Source: Diadema antillarum
Lineage: Eukaryota
Assembly: GCF_040938485.1 (NCBI RefSeq)
Contig: NW_027271294.1
Coordinates: 558,001-622,000, forward strand
Length of the DNA stretch: 64,000 bases
Reading direction: 5' to 3'
The position numbers and the translations under genes were made by a program. The first letter of the stretch is position 1. Every line of letters starts with the position of its first letter. The notes beneath the pieces were generated by a model that had not been told where the DNA came from, did not search any database, and worked only from the letters and a program-made list of their open reading frames with translations. Below are positions 1 to 17,714 of the stretch, piece by piece.

Positions 1-741
1 TTGATGTCGTCGTTGAGATTCCATTTGACTTAAAAAGGGGTTACGTAATACGGATCGATATATTGATGTACCTTGCGAGACTGGACCTGGTCTAACTGAA
101 TGAACTATGTTTGTAGAGGGAATTAGCTTTAAAAAAGGGGCATCCAGTTGCCGAGATACGAAGACCATTTGTAAGTGTTGAAGTTACGAAAGGTAGCGAT
201 ATGCGTAATCTTATGATTGAAAATTGAGTACATACTGTCTTTTTCCTCACTCATGAAAATTTTGGTTCAAAACGACGAAGACTTGTTCCGAGACAGAACT
301 ATACAAAATGCAGGTAGAGGGATACATACTCTTTCAAGATTTAACTGTGATTAAGCTTTGATATTTTGAAGACTTGTCACAATGTCTCCGTCAATGTCTT
401 ACGTGATATGATATCATGGTTACAGCTTCGCCATTATGGACTCTTATTGTTGAATACTGATTGTGCACAAATGTTGGTACAATGACATTAATTTATTATT
501 GAGTATTTAGGAATATAAGTTTTTGATGTCGTTTGGCTCCAATAGAAATCAAGTTATAGACCGGCTGTGATTTTAAAGAACATCGTAAACGCTTAGCATG
601 GTTCTCTAATGATGGCGGTGATAAAACTTGTACGTTTGCATTGGAGATCATACATCAGAAACTTACACTGATTAATGATACCTCTAATGGGTAAATTTGT
701 CTTTATTGCAATGTTGTATACATCGTATTCTCTCCAAACAG

Positions 742-1409
742 TGTCGCCATATTTCGCTACTTGACCAGCAAGTACAAGGGCAAGTTCGCAGACAACTGGT
801 ACCCCGCCGACATCAAGAAGCGCGCCAAAGTTGACGAGTACATGGCCTTCCACCATGGCGGCACTCGGGGAGTTTGCGTGCCTCTGTTCGTTAGCGAAGT
901 AGGTCGCAATGTTTTTACCTGGGTCCTCTTACCGCTATTATTGTTGCTGTTATTGATACATCCAAATTTTCATTGTGAGTGCTCAAGAAATGGAAGGAGA
1001 CAGAATGAATACGATAACAAAACATGTACTGACTGTTAAGGTTGCCGAAGGGGTAACATTTTCTGGTTGTTAGTCCGTCCTTCCGTCACACATTTCTTTC
1101 CACGATGTGAACAAAAAAAATGCAATGGATTTTCTTGGTACATGGCCCATCAAGTGGCTACATAACAGCCTATATTTTGAGCAAAATTCCGTAGGTCAAT
1201 CCTTTGTCAGTAGGCAAGATCAATGAACGTAATTCGTACCGAAAAAGGGCCAAATACCTACGGCAAATATTGCCGACTGCGTGAGAACCGGAGGCAACCA
1301 AGTCGAGTGTTCGCAGCAATTCATAAACTGTTCAAGATTCTAGTCCTCTCATGGAGTATTTGAGCCCCGTATTTATATAACACAATAAGTACTTACTCTC
1401 CATTTTTTT

Positions 1410-1462
<53 letters not shown>

Positions 1463-3372
1463 TAGATGGGGCATCCTTTTGAATAATGTATTCTTCTTTT
1501 TACGGGGGTCCTCAGCGAGTGTGTGCAGTACTATGTTTAAACTTCGCTAGTTAGATAACAAATCGCTCAAATTTACATTGCATTGTTGTTGACTCCGTTG
1601 TTTTGTTACAGCACAGTGGTGCCAAAGGAGTACAGTATAACAATTATGTAGGTTTTAAACTCTGTCATCAATCATTCTTTTTTTTCTGTCTCCCTCTCTT
1701 CAGGTTCTAATCCCCATGTCTACTGGCAAGCCGGTAGATGGAGACAAGGTCAAGGAACAGGTCGAGAAACTGAACGCTTCGCTGGAGAAGATCGAGAAGA
1801 ACTTCCTAAAGGACAATCAGTACCTCTGTGGTGACGAAGCCTCGTTCGCTGACATCGAGGCAGCCTGTGAAGTAAGATATAGAAAGAAAAACATGTTTTC
1901 TTTTCTCTCACATTTACTGTCTTTGTATTGCTATTCATGGGCGGTGTTTTGGCTCAGTCGGTAGCGCTTCTGCCTTGATGATCCAAAGGACTTTCGTTCG
2001 ATTCCCTAGTCCATGATCAACTGAACTATGTCGTGTGAATAATTATACCGTTATCGACAGGACATAAATTGGAGCAAACAAGCAAGCAAACAAACATAGA
2101 TGTTTTCAATTCTGTTCTTCAATTCTGATCACAGATTTGTTTTGGATGTGACGACATGCATTTCCTTGCGTCACAGCATCGTTGAACCCCTTTGATATCT
2201 CGTTATGTTAATATGACAAACTCTGCAATTTTTGTAATGTATTAGATTGTCCCCCCATTTTTTACATTTTTGCACGATGCTACTAAACAAAACATACGTC
2301 CAAGATTTTTTTTTTTCTGCAGATTTAAACCAAGGATACACTCATTGTACCTTGAATGTATTTATACAGTCATGTACATGCATGTTCATGTACAATGATA
2401 ATACAGGAATCAATAAATCAAATCAAATAAAAAATGAACGTTCAAACGTTTCGGTACCAAAATGAAATGTCAGAAAAGCTTATATCTTTTCTCCTCGCTG
2501 TGCATTTTGTGCTTGAGTATTGCTTCTACTGGATGAAAAAAAAGAGAGATGTACAGTGCAGTGGTTATTTAGCAAAGATGTAGTTTTTCCTGCGTCTTGC
2601 ATACGTTTGTTTAAAAGTTTTGAATGTTGCCGAATGTAATTTTGTTCGCTCTTTCTGCATGTCAGCTAGGCCAAAGCCTACTGCAGACCTTCATCTACAA
2701 CATTCTTACCCAGATGTCATATTCTGCTGGCGGAGTCTAAATTATATTTTTTAACTCTTAATTCGGTCCACTTTTTGATAATGCGCAAACCAATATTTTG
2801 TTCCAGCAACATCGCCTACTGTATAAAACCACAGCAAAAACGCAGTCGGCTAGTTAAATTTTGATTGAATTTTTGGAACTCGATGTTTGTGCCGATATCT
2901 TCAAGGAAACAGTGATATGTCGATTCGACTCAAGCGAAGATATGACGATTTAGTCTCTGAAACTGAAATAAAGATAGTAAATACACATTATGTAAAGAAC
3001 CACTGCTCACAATGATACATTTTTTTTTCAATATCGTTTCATTCATTTTATTTCATTTTTAACTTTGAAGAAAACAAGAATTATACAAAATCACAAGTAG
3101 AGCGCCATTGTATAAACATAAAGCAGTTCAAATATTTTACGCAGTTCGTAACTTAACGGCATTCTCATTTTCAATCATTTCATCCCCTTTCTATATCTTG
3201 CATACTCAATGTCTATATGCAGTTCATGCAATTTGTGGTGAACGCTCGGGACATCCTGGGAGGACGCCCTCTCTTGAAGGCCTACTTGGAGCGGGTCAAG
3301 ACTCGACTGAACCCGGTCTTCGACGAAGTGAACAGCAAGCTGTACGAATGGAGAGATAACTACAAGAAGTAG
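742..3372 (+). CDS. GSTT1: Glutathione S-transferase theta-class (GSTT1-like), last three coding exons; 5' exons lie upstream of the window
   Basis: Exons 742-898 (SVAIFRYLTSKYKGKFADNWYPADIKKRAKVDEYMAFHH...), 1704-1871 (..FLKDNQYLCGDEASFADIEAACE), 3223-3372 (FMQFVVNARDILGGRPLLKAYLERVK...TAG). All junctions AG/GT with consistent phases; WYP..D...RA.VDEY..(W/F).H and the N-capping S.AD motif are typical of theta GSTs. Paralogue identity not resolved. Confidence 0.9.
1037..1320 (+). mobile_element. Helentron-associated (HINE/DINE-1-like) non-autonomous element, degenerate
   Basis: Subterminal inverted repeat GGTTGCC (~1040) / GGCAACC (~1293), (GTCC)-type microsatellite remnant near the 5' end; boundaries approximate. 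Confidence 0.45.
1411..1458. repeat. (CT)n-(CA)n compound microsatellite
   Basis: Directly visible. Confidence 0.95.
1939..2096 (+). mobile_element. Short tRNA-derived SINE copy in GSTT intron
   Basis: A box TGGCTCAGTCGG (1950-1961), B box GTTCGATTCC (~1996-2005), (AAAC/AAGC)n tail; head similar to the SINE at 6629. Confidence 0.7.
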
Positions 3373-5599
3373 AGTCTGCCATATATACCTTCATCACAGT
3401 TTTTGATCACCCTCAAATATCGAAATAGATCAGGAATTTGGTGTGTTTTGGCACAAAGTTCTATCATACTTTTCGACTCTTCCGTGACATCGTTCTAAAG
3501 CTTTGCTCATAATAGTGGCCGGTTGATGTGTTGGTTCTAGTATACATAAAGCCCGTTTCGTCATGTCTGGTGTGATTGAAATGCACAAATATCTTTAGTT
3601 ACTTTCGTGTCAAACTGTCAGCACAAACATAAGTGTGAAATAAACTTTCAGTCCCATTTTACATGTCGTTGACCACTGTCCACATGAACTTCATAGACTT
3701 CTACTATACCAAGTACCAACGATGCATAAGTTAATCCTGTCAAGAGGTACCCATAGTCTAGAGTGAATTACTGGTAGATTCACCTGTATTCATCCAAGGT
3801 ATATTGCAGCTGACCAATAGTGCGATTACCTTATCAGATTATTTCATTAGTTGAGACATAGAGGCTCGAGATGTGCTCATGTATTGCCTTTTATATTAAA
3901 ACCTATGCACTTTCATGTGATCTCTTTTATGATCTATGCACTGCAATATGCTGTTCTCCGCATCCATTCAAACTAAGCCTGTTCACAGTTATGTACAATC
4001 TGCGCATGTGCAGATGTCCTTGTGGACCTCTTTACATTGACTTGTAATTGAGGTATTCAAAAACTAGATAGCTCTTCATGAAAACTGTATCATAAAATTT
4101 GTCATGTTTGAGCTTGGTTCATATCGTCATGAGACATGGGAATGTATATTCTTTTTCACCAGTAATGAACGAAAGTCATTCATGCAGTTCTTAATTACAC
4201 CTATGTACCACTTTTATTCGTGGCTATTCTCAATTGCTCTTCCATTTAAAAGATCAATCCATGTTTTAAAAAGTCCGTTGAGAGGTCGTTACAGACCATG
4301 GCATTGATAACTGATCTGGTTGATAATTTCCAATTTAAGATTATCCCTCTGCTATGATTTCCCCTCACACCCTCCGCCCTCCCCTCCCCCTTCTCTGTAT
4401 TTATCTTTATCATTATTATCGTTTTTTATTCCGCTCTGCTTTATAAAGTGCGAATAAACATGAAATATCAGCTATAAACCAGTCTTTGCATTGGTTAGCG
4501 AGGACAAATCTTTCTTCCGTTCTGCGGAAAATGTTTTATTGATGAATTACAATTGTAACAGAATTTTTCGTTTGTCACTTTTCGACTGATGTCGAGTGTT
4601 ATTTTACTGTTCTTTCTGTTGTATTGAATATACGCTGGAGCATGACATTAAGAGAGAAAAAAAGACGATTTCATAATCATATTTCTTTCATTATGATAGC
4701 GAATGTGTACGCAAAGACATTTAAGCAAGCAGGGTTTCGTCTTGGACATTGCGAATCATCACCTTTAAAGAACGCCTAAATATATTGCATTTTCAAACTC
4801 ATTTTGTCATTATTCGCATGTACATCTTTGTTTAGATGTCTTACGATTGGTGAGAAAAAGAACAAAAAAAAGATCTTATAGATATGATAGTCGAGTTTAC
4901 ATAGTGTACATTTTGTTATATTTTTGTCTTGGCATACATTCACTACATCATTCTTTCATTCATGTACATCTGGACACAATGTATGCTGCTAGAAATAAAT
5001 TCTTGAAACGAGTATTTCTAAACGGCGATGACTATTTATGCGTTGTAGTTTTATCCGGTTTGTTCAGTTTCATGTATATTTGTTCAACTGCACTATATGT
5101 TTATTTTGTCACTTTACCTCTGAAAGAGACTACACTACTAAATGACACGCATGCATGCTAGAATCTAGGATGAGAATGATGATTCACTGTAACGATATTA
5201 TATGCAACTAAAATGAACTAGAGCGATTCCACTGACAGGCACAGTTTGGCTGGGATGCCTCCGCCTTTCACGCATAATATTACATGTTAGCTCTTAACAT
5301 GATAATAATGCAGTACACGGCCATATATAATTTACAATCTGATGAGACCCACTGCTCTTGACGACAGGTTAGTGATTTAAGGACGGCTTTTGAAACACTA
5401 TACATTCTATACACAAAATAGCATGATTGAAATAACAAAATGATACATTAGCTTATGACCAGTTAAAATAATAATAGTGATAATCAGTTCTTAGAACGCA
5501 CAATACCAAAGGATATAATAGTCTCTATAACTATGAGTGTACACATGAAAATGAAATCATACAGATATTTCTATATTCACATTGCATATAATTAAGAAT

Positions 5600-6262
5600 T
5601 ATCAAAAAGATGAGTTTTCAACACAGATTTGAATTTATCAAAATATGTAATACATCTAATGCTGAGGGAGAGATTGTTCCATAATGATGGTGTCATGTCT
5701 CCAAAAATCCTGTCACCAAAATAAATGTCTTAGATTTGGCACTTATTTTTAGAAATGAAATCTTTTATTTTGAACCTATAAAGTTCGACCGGAATGATAT
5801 GGCTTGATGAGTTCACTGAGGTATGCAGGGGCATTTCCACGAAAACATTTAAATACAAGTATAAGTGTCAGAACCTTAAATTTAATACGAGTCTTTATCG
5901 GCAGCCAATGAAGACTACCAAGGATAGGAGTTATGTGATCAAATTTCCTTCTGTGTGTTACAAGCCTTGCAGCTGAATTTCGTATCCGTGGGCGTCCTTT
6001 CAGTTGAGATTCCAGAACTCCAAAGAGCAAACCATTATTGTTATCCAAATGCCTAAAAATAAACGCATGTACCAGTTCCTCTGTATAGAGTTGCTTTATC
6101 CATCCAGAAAGTTTCTCAGTTTTCCAATCCTGTGTAGAGCTAGAGCTGAGGATTTTACGTGTATTTCATTGATGTGTTTTCATACATCATCTTGGATAAT
6201 GACACCAAAGTCACGTGCCTTAGAAACATTAACGGACAAAGTTGTTGAGTAAAGTGACACTT
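5600..6262 (-). mobile_element. L2/CR1-group LINE ORF2 3' fragment, decayed
   Basis: Minus-strand translation ..ARDFGVII..LHRIGKLRNFLD..LVHAFI..LDNNNGLLFGV..NSAARLVTHRRKFDHITPILGSLHWLPIKTRIKFK..WNNLSLSIR..FKSVLKTHLF, the characteristic C-terminal region of L2-type ORF2; frameshifted. Confidence 0.85.
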
Positions 6263-6628
6263 TAGATTTAATCCTTTGACTTTCACCTCACAGCCATGTC
6301 ATACAACCGACGTAAGGGAACCTTTGACTTTGCCTTTTGGCCTGTCTCCACTATCATGTTTGTACAAATACATTGTATTTCATTACAATGTATACTGTAC
6401 CCCGTTGACCAACTTATATTTATCATCACCGTCACCCTATTGTTATCACTCCAGAAAAGCACTCTCTAAGACATAAACTCATGTTCATAATGGCAACTCA
6501 CTTACTCCGTCGTCGAGCACTATTTGTTGACACTGCTACACAGTGAAAAAAAACTTACTAATGTATGCATAGTAATTATGTTTGCTTTTTTTTAATCTTA
6601 CCATAATAATCATAAAAGTTTTATTAAA

Positions 6629-7016
6629 GGCATTGCTTTGGCTCAGTCGGTGGCGCGTCTGCCTCCAGGTCCAAGGAACCCGGGTTCGATTCCCGAGTCA
6701 AACTGAGCAATGTTGTGTGTTATTATACCCCTTCCCCCTAAGTAGGAGGCAAAACACTGTGTCCCTATGAATAAAGCATATAAAAGCATAAAATGGAGGT
6801 CTCGAGTGCGAGAGAGTCACAACTCATGCACATAAAAAGATCCTGCTTCATTCATTCATCGCAAAGAGCAGAGTTGCATACCGGCGAAGTGGTCTTGCCT
6901 CACATCGAACTGGGTCCTACGGAAGACCAGTATACTGCAGCTGAATATTGGCTATGCTGCCATCTGCTCACTTGGAAAATGAAACAATAAAATAAACAAA
7001 CAAACAAACAAAACAA
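6629..7016 (+). mobile_element. tRNA-derived SINE (about 390 bp)
   Basis: A box TGGCTCAGTCGG (6639-6650), B box GGTTCGATTCC (6683-6693), unique body, AATAAA plus (AAAC)n tail. Confidence 0.8.
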
Positions 7017-8010
7017 GCGTCAATCATTTTATTTTGAAAACGATACATAACAACGCCTCAATTGCCGATGTAAACTCATACTACATGTATCTTTTCTGAA
7101 TCCGATATTTTTTATAATTCGAATGTATGGATGAGCAAATCAATAACTTTCTCTCCATCGCGAAAAACTTTAACGTATAGGTCCCTACGTCGAATATTAC
7201 AGTGAGTGTGTGGCAAAACTTATACAATACCCAAAGATAGACGCAGACTTTTATCCTTGGATGCCATGCATGTTGCAAACTGTGTGTACATGGCCGGGGG
7301 GGGGGGGGGGGGGGGGGGGGGTTCTATACGCCAATCGGCACTCAAAGCGCATAAAGGATAAACTCAGAGTTAGTGAAAAAAAACAGAAAGAAAGTACAAT
7401 TTTGCCTTACACTCCCTTTCCCTCTCTCTCTCTTGTCTCTTGATGCAGAATGTTATTTTTCCGTTTTTCTTCTTATTTTTTCCCCCTTTACAAAACTTGT
7501 CCAAGAGTGAAGTGAGTGGAAGCTTCAGTACCGTCAACTCACTTAACTTTTGAGTGGGGACGAAGTGCTCCCACCACTCCAATTATTATTCTGGCTAACG
7601 TCTGTCAAATTCCATTTTCTCATTGATCATTGATCGCTGTATCACTGTGAATCGAAAAAAAAATGGCAATCCATGTTTGAAGTTGACTTTGAACAGTAAA
7701 CAACATGAAATCAATTGAACAAAAGTGCTCAGGAAGTTTCATCCGCTGAGCTGTCATCAGATAAAATAGGTATGAAATATCAAAGTCCTAATTGTCTGCA
7801 CTGCATGGTTAATTACATACAATGATGTCATCAAATCATGACTAGCGTTCTTATTGCTATAATTTTTTTTTCAATGAAGTTAAATTCAAACATGATCAGC
7901 AGTGTTTATTATACATGTATTAAAAAAGATCACACTTCATTTCACTTCAGATTCCATTTATGTTGTTTCATTTGTCTATATTTTATTTCCACCATAAGGT
8001 ATAGGTAAGC

Positions 8011-8205
8011 NNNNNNNNNNNNNNNNNNNNNNNNNNNNNNNNNNNNNNNNNNNNNNNNNNNNNNNNNNNNNNNNNNNNNNNNNNNNNNNNNNNNNNNNNN
8101 NNNNNNNNNNNNNNNNNNNNNNNNNNNNNNNNNNNNNNNNNNNNNNNNNNNNNNNNNNNNNNNNNNNNNNNNNNNNNNNNNNNNNNNNNNNNNNNNNNNN
8201 NNNNN
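8011..8205. other. Assembly gap (195 N)
   Basis: Run of N. Confidence 1.
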
Positions 8206-8206
8206 A

Positions 8207-8522
8207 AGGCCCGTTTACACCGAGCACGGTACGGGCAACGGTTCGGGTTTTTCAAAGAGATTTTGGGGTTTTTGCTATACGGTGGAACCATGCTGATGTC
8301 TGGCTCTGAACAATATCACTCCCGACGCTAATTTAGTTTTATTACCAAATTAATCTTCTACTGTTGATTTTGTTGCTCTTGATTTTGACATAAGAATAAC
8401 ATTTGGGTGGTTTCGCATCGAATTACTGATTCTTTTTGATACAGAACCAGACAGGGTTTGGCGCACCGTAGCAAAAACCCGGACCGTTGCCAGTAGCTAC
8501 CGTGCTCGGTGTAAACGCACCC
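8207..8522. mobile_element. PIF/Harbinger-like MITE
   Basis: TIR GG(C/T)(C/G)CGTTTACACCGAGCACGGTA..GGCAACGGT(T/C)CGGGTTTTT at both ends, TAA after the right end; left TSD lies in the gap. Confidence 0.7.
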
Positions 8523-8914
8523 TAAGGGGCGGGGAGGGAGTGGGCGTGGTCGGATGCTAGTACAACATGTTCTAGTACAGTACGTAGTACATAATAATAA
8601 TTATTCAAAATTTTGATTAATGATTAAGTAGTACTGTTTGTACAAAGTTAAGCCCTACATATCAGAGTGTCGTCATCCTCTCCATCAGCATGGTCGCACC
8701 TTCTCTTTTTTAACATTTACCTAGTAGGCCCAAAATACAGTATCTGGCTTTGAATTGCTTCAGTTCCAACTTTCCGCACTACGGTACCGCCCTGTCTCGC
8801 CTGCAGTACCCACGAAGAGCAAGCAGGACCGTGCATACTGCTACACCCTACATATGCACAAGGTAAATGCTTGGAACGAACGGGAATCACGTAGAAGTGG
8901 AATTGCATACAACT

Positions 8915-10061
8915 CAGGGGCGGATCTAGCTTTTTTCCAAGGAGGGGGTTTAAGGGTTGAGCTGGGTATTGCAAAGTGAGTGAGAGCAAAGCGAGGGGGG
9001 GGGGGGAGGGTGTGGGAGGGGGGTATCCCCCCTCCCACAGTGCCAGCTTGCAATTTTAAGCATATTAATTACTTTGCATGCTCTATTTTCTCTCTCTCTT
9101 TATTTGCCAAACATATATACAATGTATATATTTTTTTTTTTTGGGGGGGGGGGGGGGTTGGTGCAGCCCCACCCGCTCCCCAAGCGCGGTGGAACATGTC
9201 TGGTTGGGGGGGGGGGGGCAAAATTTCGACGGGGATTGGCACATTGACGTGATGGTTTGAGATTCTCGGCGAGGGAGCGAAGCGACCGAGCGGGGGGAGG
9301 GGGAGTACAAAAGTCGCGTTTATGGAGCATTTAAAAGCAAATTTCTAGGAAATTAAAAAGTGGATAGAATCATTTGCAAATGACTATGATTATACGGGGG
9401 TATAACATTATTTCATGAGACGGTTTGAGATCCGCGGCGAGAGCGAAGCGACAGAGCGGGGGAGGGTGTGGGAGGGGGATATACCTCTTCCCATGTCCCA
9501 CGCATAGGGACTTTTTGTAAAAACAGAGTATAAAAGTCGCGTTTCTAGGGCATTTAAATCAAATTCCTAGGGAACTAAACACAGTTAAAAAAAGTCCCCG
9601 CGAAGGACTATGATCATAAATTATGCAAACTATTCATTCTATTATAAGTATGGACAGAGCGAGCGAGCCACTCTCACTTTGCCATTCGTCTGAAATGTAT
9701 TCATTAAAAGCTAAAACGTAATCGCATTGTTTGAGCAATAAAAATTATTCTTGTATTACAAGAAAGCATAGAAGAAAAGAAAAAAAAGTAGGCTTTACTA
9801 AAGGTATGTTCCACGGGGCACACTCGAGGACCCGAGGCTATACCATCTATACACTAAATTGACTCATAAAGTAAATTTTGCATATTCAGTTTTAAAATTG
9901 ACAGCTTTTACGCAAGAAAAGTGCCTTTATTGTTGATTTTGGTCTTCAAATAATTGACTAATTAGTTGTTGTTTGTTTGTATGTTCTTATTTTTTTTTTT
10001 TACTTGGCAGCCCAAGAGGGGGGTTTAAACCCCCTAAACCCCCCCTGTAGATCCGCCACTG
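8915..10061. mobile_element. Non-autonomous DNA transposon, CAG-ended TIR, 5-bp TSD (hAT5-like)
   Basis: TIR CAGGGGCGGATCTAG / GTAGATCCGCCACTG; direct repeat CAACT at 8910-8914 and 10062-10066; three internal copies of a GAGCGAAGCGACCGAGCGGGGG(G)AGGG motif. Confidence 0.75.
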
Positions 10062-10189
10062 CAACTCGTGCATTTGGATTTCTTCATGTCCACGAAGAAG
10101 TTCTGAGGTTCTTGTGTTTAGCCCCCTTCGTCTACCTTCGCTATCTGTGGCATTATCTGATCTCTTAAATTTTAATAGATTTGTGTCTT

Positions 10190-10281
10190 TTTATCATCGC
10201 GCGATCATATTATGGGGACTCGTGTACGGCTGTGTAGTGCGCTGCGCTGGCGATGCGCGATGGGCCAGCATGCAGGGCAGG
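10190..10281 (+). promoter_or_regulatory. CpG-rich putative promoter / non-coding first exon of CENPV
   Basis: Local CpG enrichment in AT-rich DNA; strong donor CAGG|GTGAGC at 10281/10282; next acceptor (12223) precedes the CENPV ATG exon. Inferred, no transcript data. Confidence 0.5.
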
Positions 10282-11576
10282 GTGAGCTAGCTGCTTGTCT
10301 CGTTCCCCGTTTACGTGCACGTGTACCGCTTCGATAACCTACGGCTACTGCTCGTACTACAATATGTCGCCTTTTCTGTAATTTTCGGTGTTATGATTGT
10401 TCCCTTGAAAGCTAGGCTAGCATGACACTGTGTGCAGAGGTGCTCATTTCCTACTTGTGCTGCGTGTTATGAGACACAATATGATTATTAATAATACTTT
10501 TGTGAAGGACCACCAAAACAGTGCAAAGGGGACTGATTTATGGTGTATATTCGTGTATGCAGCTATTCTATTTCAAGGCCTGTGTTTCCAGGCCAGCCAT
10601 CACAATATAAATACGCGACCAGGAATGGCTGAATATATTGAATAGTCCTATTTATCAGCCTCCATTTTGGTATTACTACTGAAATTGTTACAGCTGGTGG
10701 CTGATGTTTTATTTGTTGTTAAAAACAGTTTCTAGACATTGACATAGTTTTTTCATTTTTTCCTTCTGGCGATCAACCTCTTTGTTTATGTTTGTTTATG
10801 TTTTAGATCATTAAATGCTGGTTCTATTTTGCATTGATGCTTGTGAAGTGATCCTAAATGTGATTTTATATTGAACAGATATAAATGTTCCTTTGCTAGC
10901 ATGTTAACTTCGATGTGTTGTGCAAGGAATGATTCTGATTCTTACGTAATACAGTACTTTTCTTCATTTCCAGTCTCTGTACAAAGTCAGCTGTGTTGCT
11001 GGTATTTTTACATGAAAATAGGACATAAATATAGACCCTCTACCATATTGGTGGTAACAAGCATTGAGGCCTCAAGAAGTCTCGGCAGACAATAATTGTA
11101 GCACATCCTGACATTTTGGGTTGAACTCTCATATTGAATCTAATTTGTCTTCATAATAGACTTCTATAAGTTTTCCGAAAGAATGCCCAGTAAAATGTAT
11201 CTCATCTTATCATTTATGTAACAGAATGGAGAACATTTGCCATAACTGTCTCCTGATCTGTTCAAATTTAAGAAAGATGAAAAAATGCCGTATGGGGTTG
11301 AACACTTTAATTGTACTGCTAAATATTGATTATGTATTTTGGAACTTGAAGTAAAAAAAAATGCTTCCCATTGAATACAATGGCTCAGTGTAACATTTTA
11401 AAATGGACATAAATATGTCTGCAGAACTCAGACTGAATATGTTATGTGTCTGAAAAAAAAGAGAAAAAACTAGATTGTCTATGGATTCTTTTGAGTCACA
11501 GTCTGCAAGTTGTACTTTTCAATTTGATTTGTTTGCTGAAAAACAAGAAAATAAATTTCAAAGATACACTTTAGAG

Positions 11577-12128
11577 GGGATGGCTAGTAACTGATCAGTG
11601 GGAATCAGTGGGAATGCTGGGGATGATTGTTCCAATCCTTGTGGGATCATTTAGAGTACATTATTTATCTATTGTTGTGTGAAAATTATTTGCTTCAGAA
11701 TGGTCTCATACTGTAAAACATGATATATTCGCGGCATGGATTTTTCGCGAATTGGAGCCGACAGCCTTTTTCGTGGCATGAAATTTTCGCGAAGTGCCAC
11801 TGGCGTTCAATGCATATAATGTAAACATGGACTTTCGCGTGCATTTTAATTTCGCGAATCTTGGCGCTCGCGAATTTGTGAAATTAAAGTGCACGCGAAA
11901 ATTCCTTGTTTTACAGTATTCAAGTAATGTGCAGTTTAATGTTTCCAGGTTAGCATGCCTGTACAGTGATGGGGCAATCATTAACGGCCATTCTGAGACA
12001 AATAGGCCTACTTTTCACACAACAATAGATATACATATAATGTACTCTTAAATGAATGCCACAAGGATTGGAACAATCATCCCCAGCATTCCCACTGATT
12101 CCACTGATCAGTTTAATACTAGCCACCC
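11577..12128. mobile_element. Foldback element with ~130-bp inverted arms in CENPV intron 1
   Basis: 11577-11704 is the reverse complement of ~11987-12128 (TGGCTAGT..CTGATCAGTGG..GGAATGCTGGGGATGATTGTTCCAATCCTTGTGG..); no TSD found. Confidence 0.8.
11711..11916. mobile_element. TA-flanked MITE (CTGTAAAAC family), nested in the foldback element
   Basis: TIR CTGTAAAACA / TGTTTTACAG, TA on both sides; close copy in opposite orientation at 19770-19976. Confidence 0.85.
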
Positions 12129-12253
12129 TGTTTAATCAGTTTGATTCACAATGTTATCTTATATTGACTCTTTTGTGTCATGTTTTCATAGACTGACTTG
12201 GTTCTGTTTGCTTGAATATCCAGGTCATCAGACACTGTTCTTGGGTCCATTGA

Positions 12254-16848
<4,595 letters not shown>

Positions 16849-16912
16849 TGATGCTACTTGGACACTTGCCATAAACCTGACAGATTCATTGTCATTGTAG
16901 TGTTCTCTTCTT

Positions 16913-16951
<39 letters not shown>

Positions 16952-17282
16952 ATTTTTGTCCCTGTCATGGCAACCAGTTTATTATATCTCACATATGTTT
17001 GTGCAAAATATACCTGATAATCCCTGGTTCAGCTCTATTTCATAGGAGTCTGGACTGCTGGAGCAGGGGTATTAATCACCTTTAGTGATACTTATAGTTG
17101 TTGTGAATGTACTGTGTAGAGCTTTGCAGAGACTTATGAATGTGAAGTACTGTACAAGCATTGTTGCTTTGCACTGAAATATACCGGGAGCCATCATGAA
17201 GTTTCGACTTGCCATTTTGATCAGTAGCGAGTGATTGATTGAGAATGTGTCGGGAAAAATTATAGGGATGTCGATATTCATA

Positions 17283-17714
17283 CTGTAAAAGGGGTTTCTT
17301 TCGCGTACAGATTCTTTCGCGGTTTCCCACGGTGCCGACTTTTTCGTGTGTGTTTAAATTCGCGGTCGGCAAAATCTGTGAATTCACAGTCGGCAAAAAC
17401 TGTTTTATTTTGCACATGAAAACCAAAACTATAATTCAATTATTCTTTTATTTATTAGATAGAAATCAAAATTGAATGCAGGCTTACCTGAAAGTACTTT
17501 ATAACATGCTTGTACCTACATTGCGCGGTATTGCTGTGTGTGTGTTGACCATCAATACACTCAATGCGCGGAATCTTCGTGTGTGCATGTGCGCAATAGC
17601 GTTGTAACAAGCGGCGAGTTCAAAACATTTTCGCGTGATGTTAAATTCGCGGTTCAACCTCAAAGCGCGAAAAGCGCGAAAATAAAACCACCGCGAAAGA
17701 AACCACTTTTACAG
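17283..17714. mobile_element. TA-flanked MITE (CTGTAAAA family) downstream of CENPV stop
   Basis: TIR CTGTAAAAG(G/T)GGTTTCTTTCGCG at both ends, TA TSD. Confidence 0.8.

Noticed and set aside
4030-4330. Possible L1-like RT fragment on the minus strand
   Set aside because: Only a vague resemblance with several stops; not supportable without alignment.
6629-6700. tRNA gene (A box and B box); also at 1939 and 14450
   Set aside because: No closed acceptor stem or canonical anticodon arm at 1939 and 6629, which continue into SINE bodies; the 14450 unit has a non-canonical loop and lies within a TIR.
7976-8291. Two ORFs spanning the N run
   Set aside because: Artefacts of the assembly gap.
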